This document shows positions 19,032 to 28,979 of a stretch of DNA of 53,865 bases, in pieces. Position 1 is the stretch's first letter; the number at the start of each line of letters is the position of its first letter. Location of the stretch: contig JBGTBX010000415.1 of assembly GCA_041749115.1 (NCBI GenBank), positions 1 to 53,865 on the forward strand, read 5' to 3'. The translations under genes and the position numbers were made by a program. The notes under the pieces were generated by a model. It saw nothing but the letters and a program-made list of their open reading frames with translations. It did not search any database and had not been told where the DNA came from. Origin of the DNA: Gemmatimonadaceae bacterium (GTDB taxonomy: Bacteria > Gemmatimonadota > Gemmatimonadetes > Gemmatimonadales > Gemmatimonadaceae).

Positions 19032-20219
19032 GTGCGCCACCTCTTTGTTACGCAGGATTTCGGACCCGATCTCGGTGGGATGGCTCGTCGACATGTTGAA
19101 CTGTGTCGGCGCATGGAGCCGGAGCAGATGACGGTGTCGACCGTCGCGCACGCCGCCGCGAAAACCTTCGATGCGGGGGAACGCTACGCCATTGAACGGC
19201 AGTCGTTCGCTTTTGCGGGTGCCAAGGTGTTCCGCAATCAGCTCAAGTGGGCCGGAGATCTGAGGCGGCTCTGCCGTCAGGGCGTCGATGTCATTCATCT
19301 GGGAAACATCCGTCCCTGCGGTTACGCGGTTGCCATGACGTCCCGCCGAGTGCGCGTTCCGTACCTTGTCTACGTCAATGGCGGCGACCTCCTTCATGAA
19401 CGACGGAAGATCGCAAATCCGGCGAAACGGCTCGTCGCGCGCGACATCATGGGCCGGGCCGTCGGAATCGTTTCCAATTCCAAGGCAACGTCGGCCATGA
19501 CGGTCGACTATCTCCGGGAGCTGGGAGTGTCGGGAGTGCCAATCGCACATATCGATCTCGGCACTGACCCGCTGCACTTTCGTCCGGATCGTGATTCGGG
19601 AAAACTGCGCGCCCGGCTGGGCCTTGTTGGAGTGCCGCTGTTGCTTACTGTAGCCCGACTCGTGCCGCACAAGGGTCAGGACATTGCCATCCAGGCGCTC
19701 GCTCGGCTCAAGCGTGAAGGGCACGCACGGGAAGCCCGATACCTGGTCGTTGGTGAAGGGCCTGACCGCGCGCGGCTTCGTGCACTTGCAGAATCGTCTG
19801 GCGTTTCCGACCGGGTGGTGTTTGCCGGTGTGCTGTCAGACGACGACATCGCTGAGGCGTATGCGACAGCGGACCTGTACGTCGGATTGTCGCGAATGAA
19901 TGACGGGCTGCAAATCGAGGGTTTCGGGATTTCGTTTGTTGAGGCTGGCGCAAGCGGCACTGCGGTGCTCGCCGGCGACTCAGGCGGAGTGCGTTCGGCG
20001 GTGCGTGACGGTGAGACCGGCATTGTTGTTCCGCCACAGGATGTTGAGGCCGTCGCCGCAGCGATGAACCTGCTGCTTAACGGTGAGTCGATACGCAACG
20101 TGATGGGGGCCGCAGGTCGTGCTGCAGTGGAATCTCACTACAATTGGGACAGGGTTGCTCAGGAGACGTTACAGTTCACCAGAGATGCGGTGGCGCAAGT
20201 AAAGGGAACAGCGGTATGA
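19032..20219 (+). CDS. Glycosyltransferase family 4
   Basis: MRHLFVTQDFGPDLGGM... and a C-terminal EGFGISFVEAGASGTAVLAGDSGGVRSAVRDGETGIVV (GT4 E-x7-E-like region). Confidence 0.75.
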   Translation: MRHLFVTQDFGPDLGGMARRHVELCRRMEPEQMTVSTVAHAAAKTFDAGERYAIERQSFAFAGAKVFRNQLKWAGDLRRLCRQGVDVIHLGNIRPCGYAVAMTSRRVRVPYLVYVNGGDLLHERRKIANPAKRLVARDIMGRAVGIVSNSKATSAMTVDYLRELGVSGVPIAHIDLGTDPLHFRPDRDSGKLRARLGLVGVPLLLTVARLVPHKGQDIAIQALARLKREGHAREARYLVVGEGPDRARLRALAESSGVSDRVVFAGVLSDDDIAEAYATADLYVGLSRMNDGLQIEGFGISFVEAGASGTAVLAGDSGGVRSAVRDGETGIVVPPQDVEAVAAAMNLLLNGESIRNVMGAAGRAAVESHYNWDRVAQETLQFTRDAVAQVKGTAV

Positions 20220-21151
20220 GCGCCGTTCGACATTGGGTGCAGTACGCTGCCCTGCGCACCGTTCTCTCGACGCTGCGCATTCTGCCGCTCGCGGCCGCAC
20301 GGCGCTTTGGCGAATGGTTCGGTGAACGGGGGTATTCGCCACTGGGAATTCGGCGGCACGTAGTGGAAAGGCAAATAGCGGCGGCGTTCCCGGGGGCAAG
20401 CGAAACAGACGTCCAGACTCTGGCGCGAGGGTCGTACAGGCACTTGGGACGTGTCACGATAGAAACTGCTTTGCTGTCGCGGATGGGTACGTCGGATGTG
20501 CTCAACATGTTTGATGGTGATGGGGACATTGAGCTGCTCCGCGAAGTACACACCCGCGGCAAGGGAATTGTCGCGTGCACCGGGCACGTCGGCAGTTGGG
20601 AACTGGCCGCGGCCTTTATCGCTGCCAAAGGGCTACCGATTGATGTAGTCGCACGGCGGATGGAGAACCTGCTGTTCGACGGGTATCTGAATCGCACGCG
20701 CACACGGCTCGGCATGGTCGTCATGTACGATCAGGAGGCCGTGCGGCGCGTGCCGCGCAGCTTAAGGGACGGACGGATTATTGGTCTGGTTGCCGACCAG
20801 GGTGTGAAGGGATTGGCATCGACGTACGTGAAGTTTTTCGGACGGCCGGCCAAAACACCCCGAGGGCCCGCGGTGTTCGCGATGCGTTTTGATGCCCCGG
20901 TGGTTTTCTGTTCCGCGCTGCTGCAGCCTGATGGGCGTTATCGTTTTGTTGCAAAGGAATTGTCAATTGTTCCCACGGGCGACAGAGAGAAGGACTCGGA
21001 CGCTATAGTTCAACGATTCACCACGGAACTGGAGCGCGCGGTACGACGGCATCCGGAGCAGTACTTCTGGCACCACAAGCGGTGGAAACGGCAGCCGCCG
21101 GATACACCGCTGGAGCTGCGGGACCCTGTGGAAAATCCGCCGCTCGCATAG
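20216..21151 (+). CDS. Lysophospholipid/lipid A biosynthesis acyltransferase (LpxL/HtrB family)
   Basis: Start MSAVRHWVQ overlaps the GT4 stop (ATGA). ...CTGHVGSWEL (HX4E-like acyltransferase motif region), ...HPEQYFWHHKRWK is the typical C-terminus of lauroyl/myristoyl acyltransferases. Confidence 0.65.
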   Translation: MSAVRHWVQYAALRTVLSTLRILPLAAARRFGEWFGERGYSPLGIRRHVVERQIAAAFPGASETDVQTLARGSYRHLGRVTIETALLSRMGTSDVLNMFDGDGDIELLREVHTRGKGIVACTGHVGSWELAAAFIAAKGLPIDVVARRMENLLFDGYLNRTRTRLGMVVMYDQEAVRRVPRSLRDGRIIGLVADQGVKGLASTYVKFFGRPAKTPRGPAVFAMRFDAPVVFCSALLQPDGRYRFVAKELSIVPTGDREKDSDAIVQRFTTELERAVRRHPEQYFWHHKRWKRQPPDTPLELRDPVENPPLA

Positions 21152-21164
21152 ATTGGTCGCCACA

Positions 21165-22340
21165 ATGACCACTGCGCCCTCGCTTCATACGACCGACTCC
21201 CTTGAACAGATCGTCGCAAGGGAGTTCCCCAGGCTGCACGATGACCGAGCCGTTTATCTGAACAGCGCCTCGACCGGTCCGCTACCTGAGAGCACTCTGA
21301 CGGCGCTGCATGACTTCAACGAACTCCGCAGTGTGCCATGGCGCATTTCGCAGGAGTATCAGTTTGGCGTCGTAGAGGCGTCGCGTGATCTCCTGGCTCG
21401 GTTGATCGGCGCCGAGTCAAGTGAAATCGCGCTGATGACCAACACATCATACGGTCTGAACTTTGCGGCGACCTCGCTGCCACTGAATGCCGGCGATGTG
21501 ATCGTGTACAGCGACCGCGATTTTCCGGCGAATGTATTTCCCTGGATGGCCGCGGAACAAACGCGCGGTGTCACATGCCATCGTGTTCCCTGTGCGGGAA
21601 GGCTCTTCGACGAAGAGGCGCTGCTCGCGGCGATCGAAGCGCCGAACGTAAAGATGCTCGCGGTTTCGTGGGTTTCGTTCGAATCAGGCGTTGCGCTCAA
21701 TCTCACCAGACTGGGGAAAGCATGCCGCGACCGCGGAATCTACTTTGTGGTCGACGCGATTCAGGGGCTCGGCCCGCTCACCATCGACGTGAAAACATCA
21801 CCCATCGACATCCTGTCGTGTGGTGCCCAGAAGTGGCTTCTGTCCCCATGGGGAACGGGCTTCATGTACGTGAGAAGGGAACTCGTTCAGCAGCTGACCC
21901 CTTCGCAAGTCGGATGGATGTCTGTCGCCGATTCGGATGACTTCTCCCAGCTGCTTAACTACAATCTCACCTACCGTGACACCGCGAGACGTTTCGAAGT
22001 TGTCACGTTGCCGTTCCAGGATTTCGCCGGGATGAACGCGTCACTGGAACTGTTCCACGCGATCGGTCCGGACGTAGTTGCAACGCGCATCCGTGCGCTC
22101 ACGGAACGTATTATTCAGTGGGCGGAGGCACGACGCGATGTTACGCTGGTCACTCCGTCGGCCGATAGCCGGCGTGCGGGGATCGTTGCCTTTATTCCCC
22201 CTGATCCGGCCAAGGCAACACAATTGCTCACCGGCGCCGGCGTCGCACATTCACTGCGCGAGGGAGCCATTCGACTCTCGCCGCATGTGTTCACGCCGAC
22301 TCACCACATTGATCTGGCGCTCGCCGTGCTCGATCGCTGA
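21165..22340 (+). CDS. Aminotransferase class V (cysteine desulfurase / selenocysteine lyase-like PLP enzyme)
   Basis: AVYLNSASTGPLPEST..., ...DILSCGAQKWLLSPWGTGFMYVR (PLP-Lys region). The start could also be the TTG at 21153. Confidence 0.7.
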   Translation: MTTAPSLHTTDSLEQIVAREFPRLHDDRAVYLNSASTGPLPESTLTALHDFNELRSVPWRISQEYQFGVVEASRDLLARLIGAESSEIALMTNTSYGLNFAATSLPLNAGDVIVYSDRDFPANVFPWMAAEQTRGVTCHRVPCAGRLFDEEALLAAIEAPNVKMLAVSWVSFESGVALNLTRLGKACRDRGIYFVVDAIQGLGPLTIDVKTSPIDILSCGAQKWLLSPWGTGFMYVRRELVQQLTPSQVGWMSVADSDDFSQLLNYNLTYRDTARRFEVVTLPFQDFAGMNASLELFHAIGPDVVATRIRALTERIIQWAEARRDVTLVTPSADSRRAGIVAFIPPDPAKATQLLTGAGVAHSLREGAIRLSPHVFTPTHHIDLALAVLDR

Positions 22341-22506
22341 GGCGGTGGAGCGCTCAGGGTGGCAGAACTGCAGCGACTCTGTTCTTGGCGCACCGGCCGG
22401 CCAGCACCTCGGCGTGGCCTCTCCGTCCCTGATCAATCCCGGATATGCCAACCGTAAACTGGTGATCGCAGCTGGCGATTCAAGCACTGACCAGAGCAAC
22501 AAGCTT

Positions 22507-23781
22507 CTATTTGTCGAGTTCCACCAATGCAACGTCGCGGCTCCCTTTGCGAATCAGGAAGAACCGATCGTGCACAGCTTCACCAGCACCCACGTCCAGT
22601 TCCTCGGCGCCGAGTTTGCGTCCATTGACTGAGACAGCGCCCTGCTGGAGTTGACGCCGGGCGTCACCCTTTGATTTTGCGAGGCCGGTGTTAACCAGCG
22701 CGTCGAGGATCGACACCGTGGCGTCCGTCGATACCACGACGCGTGTGTACGGCACCTCGTCGGCGAGCATCTGAAACACGTCAACCGCAATGCCGCGCGG
22801 GTCCAGGCGTTTGTCGAACACGATCCGCGAGGCATCCTGCGCAGCCGTGGCAGCGGCAGTTCCGTGTACGCGAGTCGTCACTTCGGTGGCAAGCTGCAGC
22901 TGCGATGAACGCTGTTCGGGGTGGGCAGTGCGCGTCGCATCGAGCGCTTCGATCTCTTCGCGCGAGAGAAGCGTCAGCAACCGCAGGTATGATCCCACCG
23001 TCTCGTCATCGCAGTTGAACAGATACTGAAAGAACTTGTACGGAGAGGTGCGTTCCGCATCGAGCCACACGCTTGTGCCCTCGGCCGTTTTGCCGAACTT
23101 CTTGCCATCGGCTGTCGTGACGAGTGGCAGAGTGACGCCATGTACCTCGACGCCCAGTGCGCGGCGAACGAGCTCCGTGCCGGCCGTAATGTTGCCCCAC
23201 TGATCCGATCCACCCATCTGCAGTGTAACGCCATCGCGTTCGTACAGCTGCATGAAGTCATACGCCTGCAGCAGCATGTACGAAAACTCCGTGAACGAAA
23301 TCCCGGTGTCCAGACGCGATTTCACAGAGTCCTTGGCCAGCATGTAGTTGATGCCAAGATGTTTGCCCACATCGCGCAGGAAATCGACAAGACGAATCGA
23401 CAACAGCCAGTCTGCGTTGTTCCGCAGAAGCGCTCCCGACGGCCCACTGAAATCGAGAAAGCGTGAGAGCTGATCGCGAATACGATCGGCGTGGTCCGCC
23501 ACTTGATCAAGAGTCAGCAGATTGCGCTCAGCGCTCTTGCCACTCGGATCACCGATCATGCCGGTGCCGCCGCCCACCAGCGCTACCGGTCGATGGCCGC
23601 AGCGTTGCAGATGTACGAGACCCATTACCTGCACGAGGTGGCCCAGATGGAGCGACGGGCCCGTGGGGTCAAAACCCACGTAGCCCATCAGCGGTCCGGC
23701 GCTGAGGGCCGCATCGGCGCCATGGGTGTCCTGATGTCGGAGGCCGCGCCACTCCAGTTCGGCAAGCAGTTGCGATGTCAT
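22507..23781 (-). CDS. tyrS: Tyrosine--tRNA ligase
   Basis: GFDPTGPSLHLGHL (HIGH), KFGKT (KMSKS) and a C-terminal S4 domain. 424 aa. Confidence 0.9.
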   Translation of the reverse strand: MTSQLLAELEWRGLRHQDTHGADAALSAGPLMGYVGFDPTGPSLHLGHLVQVMGLVHLQRCGHRPVALVGGGTGMIGDPSGKSAERNLLTLDQVADHADRIRDQLSRFLDFSGPSGALLRNNADWLLSIRLVDFLRDVGKHLGINYMLAKDSVKSRLDTGISFTEFSYMLLQAYDFMQLYERDGVTLQMGGSDQWGNITAGTELVRRALGVEVHGVTLPLVTTADGKKFGKTAEGTSVWLDAERTSPYKFFQYLFNCDDETVGSYLRLLTLLSREEIEALDATRTAHPEQRSSQLQLATEVTTRVHGTAAATAAQDASRIVFDKRLDPRGIAVDVFQMLADEVPYTRVVVSTDATVSILDALVNTGLAKSKGDARRQLQQGAVSVNGRKLGAEELDVGAGEAVHDRFFLIRKGSRDVALVELDK

Positions 23782-23811
23782 CCCACAAACATATGCGGTC
23801 GCTGAATGCAG

Positions 23812-25095
23812 TTACATGGTGCGCGTATCGATCACGCGAACGGCTTTGCCCTGCGATCGCGGAACCGAGCCGCACCCCAGCAATCGTACCTTGGCCGAAA
23901 TGCCGATCAGTTGCTTCACCTGTCGTGCGAGCGCGGTGCTGGCCTCCGCGGCGGCATTCTCCGACGCTGTGTCGCGCGGCTCAACCTTGATGTGCAGCTC
24001 ATCGAGCCGCTCAGGTCGCGACACTTCGAGCTGAAAGTGCGGCGACAGGGCGCGATGGCCGAGCAGCAATTCCTCGACTTGCGTGGGAAACACGTTGACG
24101 CCGCGAATGATGATCATGTCGTCGCTGCGACCAGTGATCTTCGCCATGCGCCGCATCGATCGCGCAGTGCCGGGAAGAAGGCGCGTCAGGTCCCGCGTGC
24201 GATAGCGCACCACCGGCATCGCAACCTTGGTCAGCGACGTAAACACGAGTTCTCCGTCCGAACCGTCGGGCAGGACTTCCCCCGACACCGGATCAATAAT
24301 TTCCGGATAGAAGTGATCTTCCCAGATGGTGGGGCCGTCCTTGGATTCCACGCACTCCTGTGCCACGCCCGGTCCAATTACTTCCGACAATCCGTAGATA
24401 TCAACCGCATCAAAATTGAACGCCTTTTCGATTTCCAGTCGCATGGCGTGGGTCCACGGTTCCGCGCCGAAGATCCCGGTGCGTAACCCGCTGCCAGTGG
24501 CATCGAGGTTCTGTCGTTGGAACTCATCGAAGAGCGCCAGCATATAGCTGGGCGTCACCATGATGATCTGCGGCTGAAAATCGCAGATCAACTCCACTTG
24601 TTTAGCTGTCTGGCCACCGGACATCGGAATGACGGTACAGCCCAGTCGCTCCGCACCGTAGTGTGCGCCCAGCCCGCCTGTGAAGAGGCCGTACCCGTAC
24701 GCCACGTGCACCTTCATGCCGGGGCGACCACCGGCTGCAAAAATCGACCGAGCCACCACCGTGCTCCACACGTCGATATCGCCTGCCGTGTAACCAACAA
24801 CGGTCGGTTTACCCGTGGTGCCTGACGATGCATGCACCCTGACAACCTGCTCCATGGGCACAGCAAAAAACCCGAAGGGGTAACCGGCTCGCAGGTCGTG
24901 TTTGGTGGTGAACGGAAATCGGCTGAGGTCCGTAAGCGTTTTGAGATCGTCGGGGTGCACCCCAGCGGCGTCGAATTTCGCCTTGTACAGCGGGTTGCCT
25001 TCGTATGCATGGGCCAGAGACCACCGCATGCGAGTGAGCTGCAGCGCGGCCAGCTCATCGCGCGATGCGGTTTCGATTGCTTCGAGCCCGATCAT
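23812..25095 (-). CDS. Phenylacetate-CoA ligase family adenylate-forming enzyme (PaaK-like)
   Basis: ...HASSGTTGKPTVVGYT (AMP-binding P-loop), YGLSEVIGPGVA, and a C-terminal ...ITGRSDDMIIIRGVNVFP typical of PaaK / F390 synthetase. The likely start is the internal MIGLEAIETASRDE (ORF track starts at 25179). Confidence 0.75.
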   Translation of the reverse strand: MIGLEAIETASRDELAALQLTRMRWSLAHAYEGNPLYKAKFDAAGVHPDDLKTLTDLSRFPFTTKHDLRAGYPFGFFAVPMEQVVRVHASSGTTGKPTVVGYTAGDIDVWSTVVARSIFAAGGRPGMKVHVAYGYGLFTGGLGAHYGAERLGCTVIPMSGGQTAKQVELICDFQPQIIMVTPSYMLALFDEFQRQNLDATGSGLRTGIFGAEPWTHAMRLEIEKAFNFDAVDIYGLSEVIGPGVAQECVESKDGPTIWEDHFYPEIIDPVSGEVLPDGSDGELVFTSLTKVAMPVVRYRTRDLTRLLPGTARSMRRMAKITGRSDDMIIIRGVNVFPTQVEELLLGHRALSPHFQLEVSRPERLDELHIKVEPRDTASENAAAEASTALARQVKQLIGISAKVRLLGCGSVPRSQGKAVRVIDTRTM

Positions 25096-25336
25096 AGAGG
25101 ACGTCATGAGAAGTGCGGTGGCCGCGAGGAAGAACCTTCCAACGACGACCGAAAGGTATCCTTTCGTGGGCTGGATCACGGCCGGTCGCGAGCCTCCGTG
25201 TGAGACTCCGTGAATTCATTGCCGCCCACAAGCGACTCTGGTACCTTCCGAGACTCAGGGCGTATAAGTCCCGTGAGCCCGCTGTAGCCACCCGCACAGG
25301 AGTGGCAGGCGAGTATTCCCCAGACATCCGCAACTG

Positions 25337-27502
25337 ATGGCGCGAAAAATCACTCGTCCTGCCTGGCTGACCTGGAAATCGCGCTCTGTGCGCCTGTTGA
25401 CGTACGCGAGCTGCTTCGCTGGTGCCGCCGTCGCGGGGGCGCTGTATTCACTCTGGACCCTGTCCTGCAGCGGAAATCGCTGTCCCGCGGTGACCGTCCT
25501 CGATTCGTATCAGCCGAGTCAGACTTCCAAGCTTTACGCGGTGGACGGACGCTTCGTGGCAGAGCTCGGCATCGAGCGACGCACCCTGATAACCATTGAG
25601 GAAATCCCCGAAGTTGTGAAGCAGGCGTTCGTGATTACGGAAGACAAGCGCTTCTACGATCACGGTGGCATCGATTGGTTCCGGATCCCTGGATCGGCAA
25701 TTCGCAATGTGATGGCGGGAGCGTTTGCGCAGGGTTTCTCCACTATCACCATGCAGTTGGCGCGCAACGTCTTCCCTGAGCACATCTCGCGGGACAAATC
25801 GGTGATCCGCAAGGTTCGCGAGGGACGTGTGGCGCGCGCGATCGAGGATCGGTATCCCAAGGACAAGATTCTCGAGTTGTATCTGAATCAGATTAATCTG
25901 GGAGCCGGAGCTCACGGCGTTGAGACCGCGTCTCAACGGTATTTCGGCAAGTCGGTGCGTGAGGTAAATGTCGCTGAAGCGGCAACGCTGGCGGCGATTC
26001 CCAAGGCGCCGACCCGATACAATCCGCGACGCTATCCGGATCGCGCGATTCAACGCCGCAATACGATCATTGAACTGATGCGCCGTAATGGCGCGGTGAC
26101 TGACCAGGACGCTTCACTCGCCAAGGCCTTTCCGCTTCAACTGGCGCAGGGAGTAGAGTCGGGAGACGTGGCGCCCTATTTTGTTGAATGGGTCCGCCAG
26201 CAGCTTGAAGAGAAGTTCGGCGAGCGCCTGTATGACGAAGGCATGCGGGTATTCACGTCGCTGGATCTGGATCTCCAGACTGCCGCTGACCGCGCCATGG
26301 AAGCGCAGCTGCGCACCATTGAAGGCGGGAAATTCGGAAAGTACACGCACACGACGTTCGAACAGTATGTCGCGCGTTCCGAGACGTCGACCAACGGCGA
26401 ATCACCGTACCTGCAGGGCGCGTTCATCGCGCTCGATCCGCGCGACGGCTCTGTGCGCGTGATGGTCGGCGGCCGCGATTTCAACGACTCCAAGTTCAAT
26501 CGTGCCTCGCAGGCGATGCGTCAGCCCGGATCGACGTTCAAGCCAATCGTCTACGCGACAGCTATACAAAGTGGCATGGGACCGGGTAGCCAGGTCGAAG
26601 ACAGTCCGATCTCCATGCCGCAGGTGGACGGGTCGACGTGGACCCCCGGCAACTTCGACGGAAAGTTCGAGGGGACCATCACTATGCGGAGGGCGCTTGC
26701 CCAGTCGCGCAATCTGGTCGCAATTCGTCTGGGTATGCAGCTCGGCGAGGATGCCGTGATTCGCACCGCGCGTCAGTTTGGCATTACGACACCAATCCCG
26801 GCAGTGCCCTCAATACACATCGGGTCCGCCGACGTGTACCCGTTGCAGATGGTGGCGGCGTACAGCGTGTTTGCTAATCTGGGGAAACGCGTTGAACCAC
26901 ACGGTATTCTGCGCGTCGAAAATTCGCAGGGCGAAGTGATATGGGAGCCGCGCACCAGAACATCCGAGGCGCTCAGCCCTGCCGAAGCCTGGTTGGTGGT
27001 CAGCATGATGAAGGATGTCGTGCAACAGGGGACCGCCGCGGGCAGTGTGTGGGGCGCCGGTTTCCGCGTCCCCAGTGGTGGCAAGACAGGTACGACCAAC
27101 GATGGCGCCGACGTCTGGTTCATCGGTTATACCGCGGATCTTGTCGCCGGCGTATGGATGGGCTTCGATCGCCCTCGCAAGATCATGTCGAATGCACAGG
27201 GCGGTCGGCTCGCGGCTCCCGCGTACACGCAGTTCATGCTTGAGGCGTACCGACGTAAACCTGAGCCCCCCGATTGGCCGCGGCCCGCCGGAGTTGTCGT
27301 CGCACAAGGATGTGCGGGGACCGACTATTTTCTCGCCGGTACCGAAATGAACGGGTGCGGACCTGAAACCTCCAATCCCTTTGCAATCCCGCTTCGCGTG
27401 GACAGCGGCGCCATCGCCGCGCGGCCCGGTGGCGCGGATAAGGGGAAAGGCGCCGTCAAGGCGAAGGCGGATACGGCCAATCCGTTCAAGATCCCGCAAT
27501 AG
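25337..27502 (+). CDS. mrcA: Penicillin-binding protein 1A (bifunctional glycosyltransferase/transpeptidase)
   Basis: GT51 motifs EDKRFYDHGGID, RKVREGRVA. Transpeptidase motifs STFKP, SRN, KTGTT. 721 aa with an N-terminal TM. Confidence 0.9.
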   Translation: MARKITRPAWLTWKSRSVRLLTYASCFAGAAVAGALYSLWTLSCSGNRCPAVTVLDSYQPSQTSKLYAVDGRFVAELGIERRTLITIEEIPEVVKQAFVITEDKRFYDHGGIDWFRIPGSAIRNVMAGAFAQGFSTITMQLARNVFPEHISRDKSVIRKVREGRVARAIEDRYPKDKILELYLNQINLGAGAHGVETASQRYFGKSVREVNVAEAATLAAIPKAPTRYNPRRYPDRAIQRRNTIIELMRRNGAVTDQDASLAKAFPLQLAQGVESGDVAPYFVEWVRQQLEEKFGERLYDEGMRVFTSLDLDLQTAADRAMEAQLRTIEGGKFGKYTHTTFEQYVARSETSTNGESPYLQGAFIALDPRDGSVRVMVGGRDFNDSKFNRASQAMRQPGSTFKPIVYATAIQSGMGPGSQVEDSPISMPQVDGSTWTPGNFDGKFEGTITMRRALAQSRNLVAIRLGMQLGEDAVIRTARQFGITTPIPAVPSIHIGSADVYPLQMVAAYSVFANLGKRVEPHGILRVENSQGEVIWEPRTRTSEALSPAEAWLVVSMMKDVVQQGTAAGSVWGAGFRVPSGGKTGTTNDGADVWFIGYTADLVAGVWMGFDRPRKIMSNAQGGRLAAPAYTQFMLEAYRRKPEPPDWPRPAGVVVAQGCAGTDYFLAGTEMNGCGPETSNPFAIPLRVDSGAIAARPGGADKGKGAVKAKADTANPFKIPQ

Positions 27503-27556
27503 GTCGCATACAGATGGCGTTCGCGCGGTGTCGTTAGGCTTCGTCGCGACCGGCAC

Positions 27557-28906
27557 GTGACACCCCCGCGCATTTACCGGGCACGTTGGGTGCTGCCGAT
27601 CGCATCGGCGCCCATCTCACATGGGGCCGTCTCGGTCGTCGATGGTCGAATCGCGTGGATAGGTTCTGCGAACGATGCCCCGGACGGACCCACCGTGGAT
27701 CTCGGAGCCGCCGTGCTGCTCCCCGGCTTGGTGAACGTGCACACACACCTCGAGCTCACCGCGTTCCGCGGCTACCTCGAGCACCTCGGTTTTCGCCACT
27801 GGTTGCAGAAATTGATGCGCGCACGCGATGCGGTCATGACCGAGGAGAGGAGACTTGCCAGTGCACGCGTCGGCATCGCCGAAGGTTTGTTGCATGGCAT
27901 CACGACCTATGGAGATGTGTCAGACTCGGGACTGTCGGCGATTTCCCTCGATGAGATGCATGCGCGCGGCGTCGTGTACGCTGAGGTCTTCGGTCCGGAC
28001 CCCAGGCAGAGCACCGATGCGCTGAGCGCGGTGAAGGCGACCATCCAGAAGTTTTCGGCGTCTGCCTCTGAACGAATTCGCATTGGACTGTCACCGCACG
28101 CGCCGTACAGCGTGAGCGATGCACTCTTTCAAGGGGCAGCGGAGCTGTCGCGAACGATGGACTGGCCGTTGACAGTGCATATTGCCGAAAGCGAACTCGA
28201 ACGGGCGCTCGTTTGTGAAGGGCAGGGTGAGATGGCCGATGCATTGCGTGCTCGCGGTATTGCGGTGGAGCGGCGAGCGCGATCTCCCATCGTACTGCTT
28301 GATGCATGTGGGTTGTTGACCCCGCGAACTCTTCTGATTCATGCCGTGCGCATCGATAATGCCGATCTGGCGCTGATCGCGGCGGGAGGGTGCGCTGTCG
28401 CACATTGTCCGGCCTCGAACGCTAAGCTGGGTCATGGTATTGCTCCGGTGTCGCGCATGACTGCTGCCGGGGTCACGGTGGGCCTCGGGACTGACAGTGT
28501 GGCGAGCAACAATCGCATGGATATTCTCGACGAAGCACGCCTCGCGGTTCTGATGAGTGGCGCCGGAAACGGTGCAGAAAGCCCCATCGACGCACACACC
28601 GCGTTGTCTATGGCGACCGCGGGAGGTGCTGCTGCGCTAGGGCTGGAGCGTGAGATCGGGACGCTGGAGGTCGGGAAGGCTGCCGACCTTTGCGCCTTTC
28701 GCCTGAACGATCTCTCTGACTTGCCGGTGCATGACGTGGAGGCGGCGCTGGTTTTTGGCGCTGGTGGACGGCACGCAGTGCTCACTGTGGTGGCAGGCAA
28801 GGAGCTTGTGCGAGACGGCGTGTTGATTGCGGATACAGCCAAAGACCTTGAGCTGGTCATACAGTCCGCCGAGGAAATGGCGAAGTTGGCCTCTTTGGCG
28901 GAGTAG
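27557..28906 (+). CDS. Amidohydrolase family protein (MTA/SAH deaminase or chlorohydrolase-like)
   Basis: IYRARWVLPIASAP...LPGLVNVHTHLELT (HxH metal site), ...AHCPASNAKLG. 449 aa. GTG start. Confidence 0.7.
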   Translation: MTPPRIYRARWVLPIASAPISHGAVSVVDGRIAWIGSANDAPDGPTVDLGAAVLLPGLVNVHTHLELTAFRGYLEHLGFRHWLQKLMRARDAVMTEERRLASARVGIAEGLLHGITTYGDVSDSGLSAISLDEMHARGVVYAEVFGPDPRQSTDALSAVKATIQKFSASASERIRIGLSPHAPYSVSDALFQGAAELSRTMDWPLTVHIAESELERALVCEGQGEMADALRARGIAVERRARSPIVLLDACGLLTPRTLLIHAVRIDNADLALIAAGGCAVAHCPASNAKLGHGIAPVSRMTAAGVTVGLGTDSVASNNRMDILDEARLAVLMSGAGNGAESPIDAHTALSMATAGGAAALGLEREIGTLEVGKAADLCAFRLNDLSDLPVHDVEAALVFGAGGRHAVLTVVAGKELVRDGVLIADTAKDLELVIQSAEEMAKLASLAE

Positions 28907-28979
28907 CCCGTTCGGGCACCGTGTCCGTCGGAGCCTCCCCGACCCGGAGACGCCTTATTAGTTTGGTGGATCTCTCACG

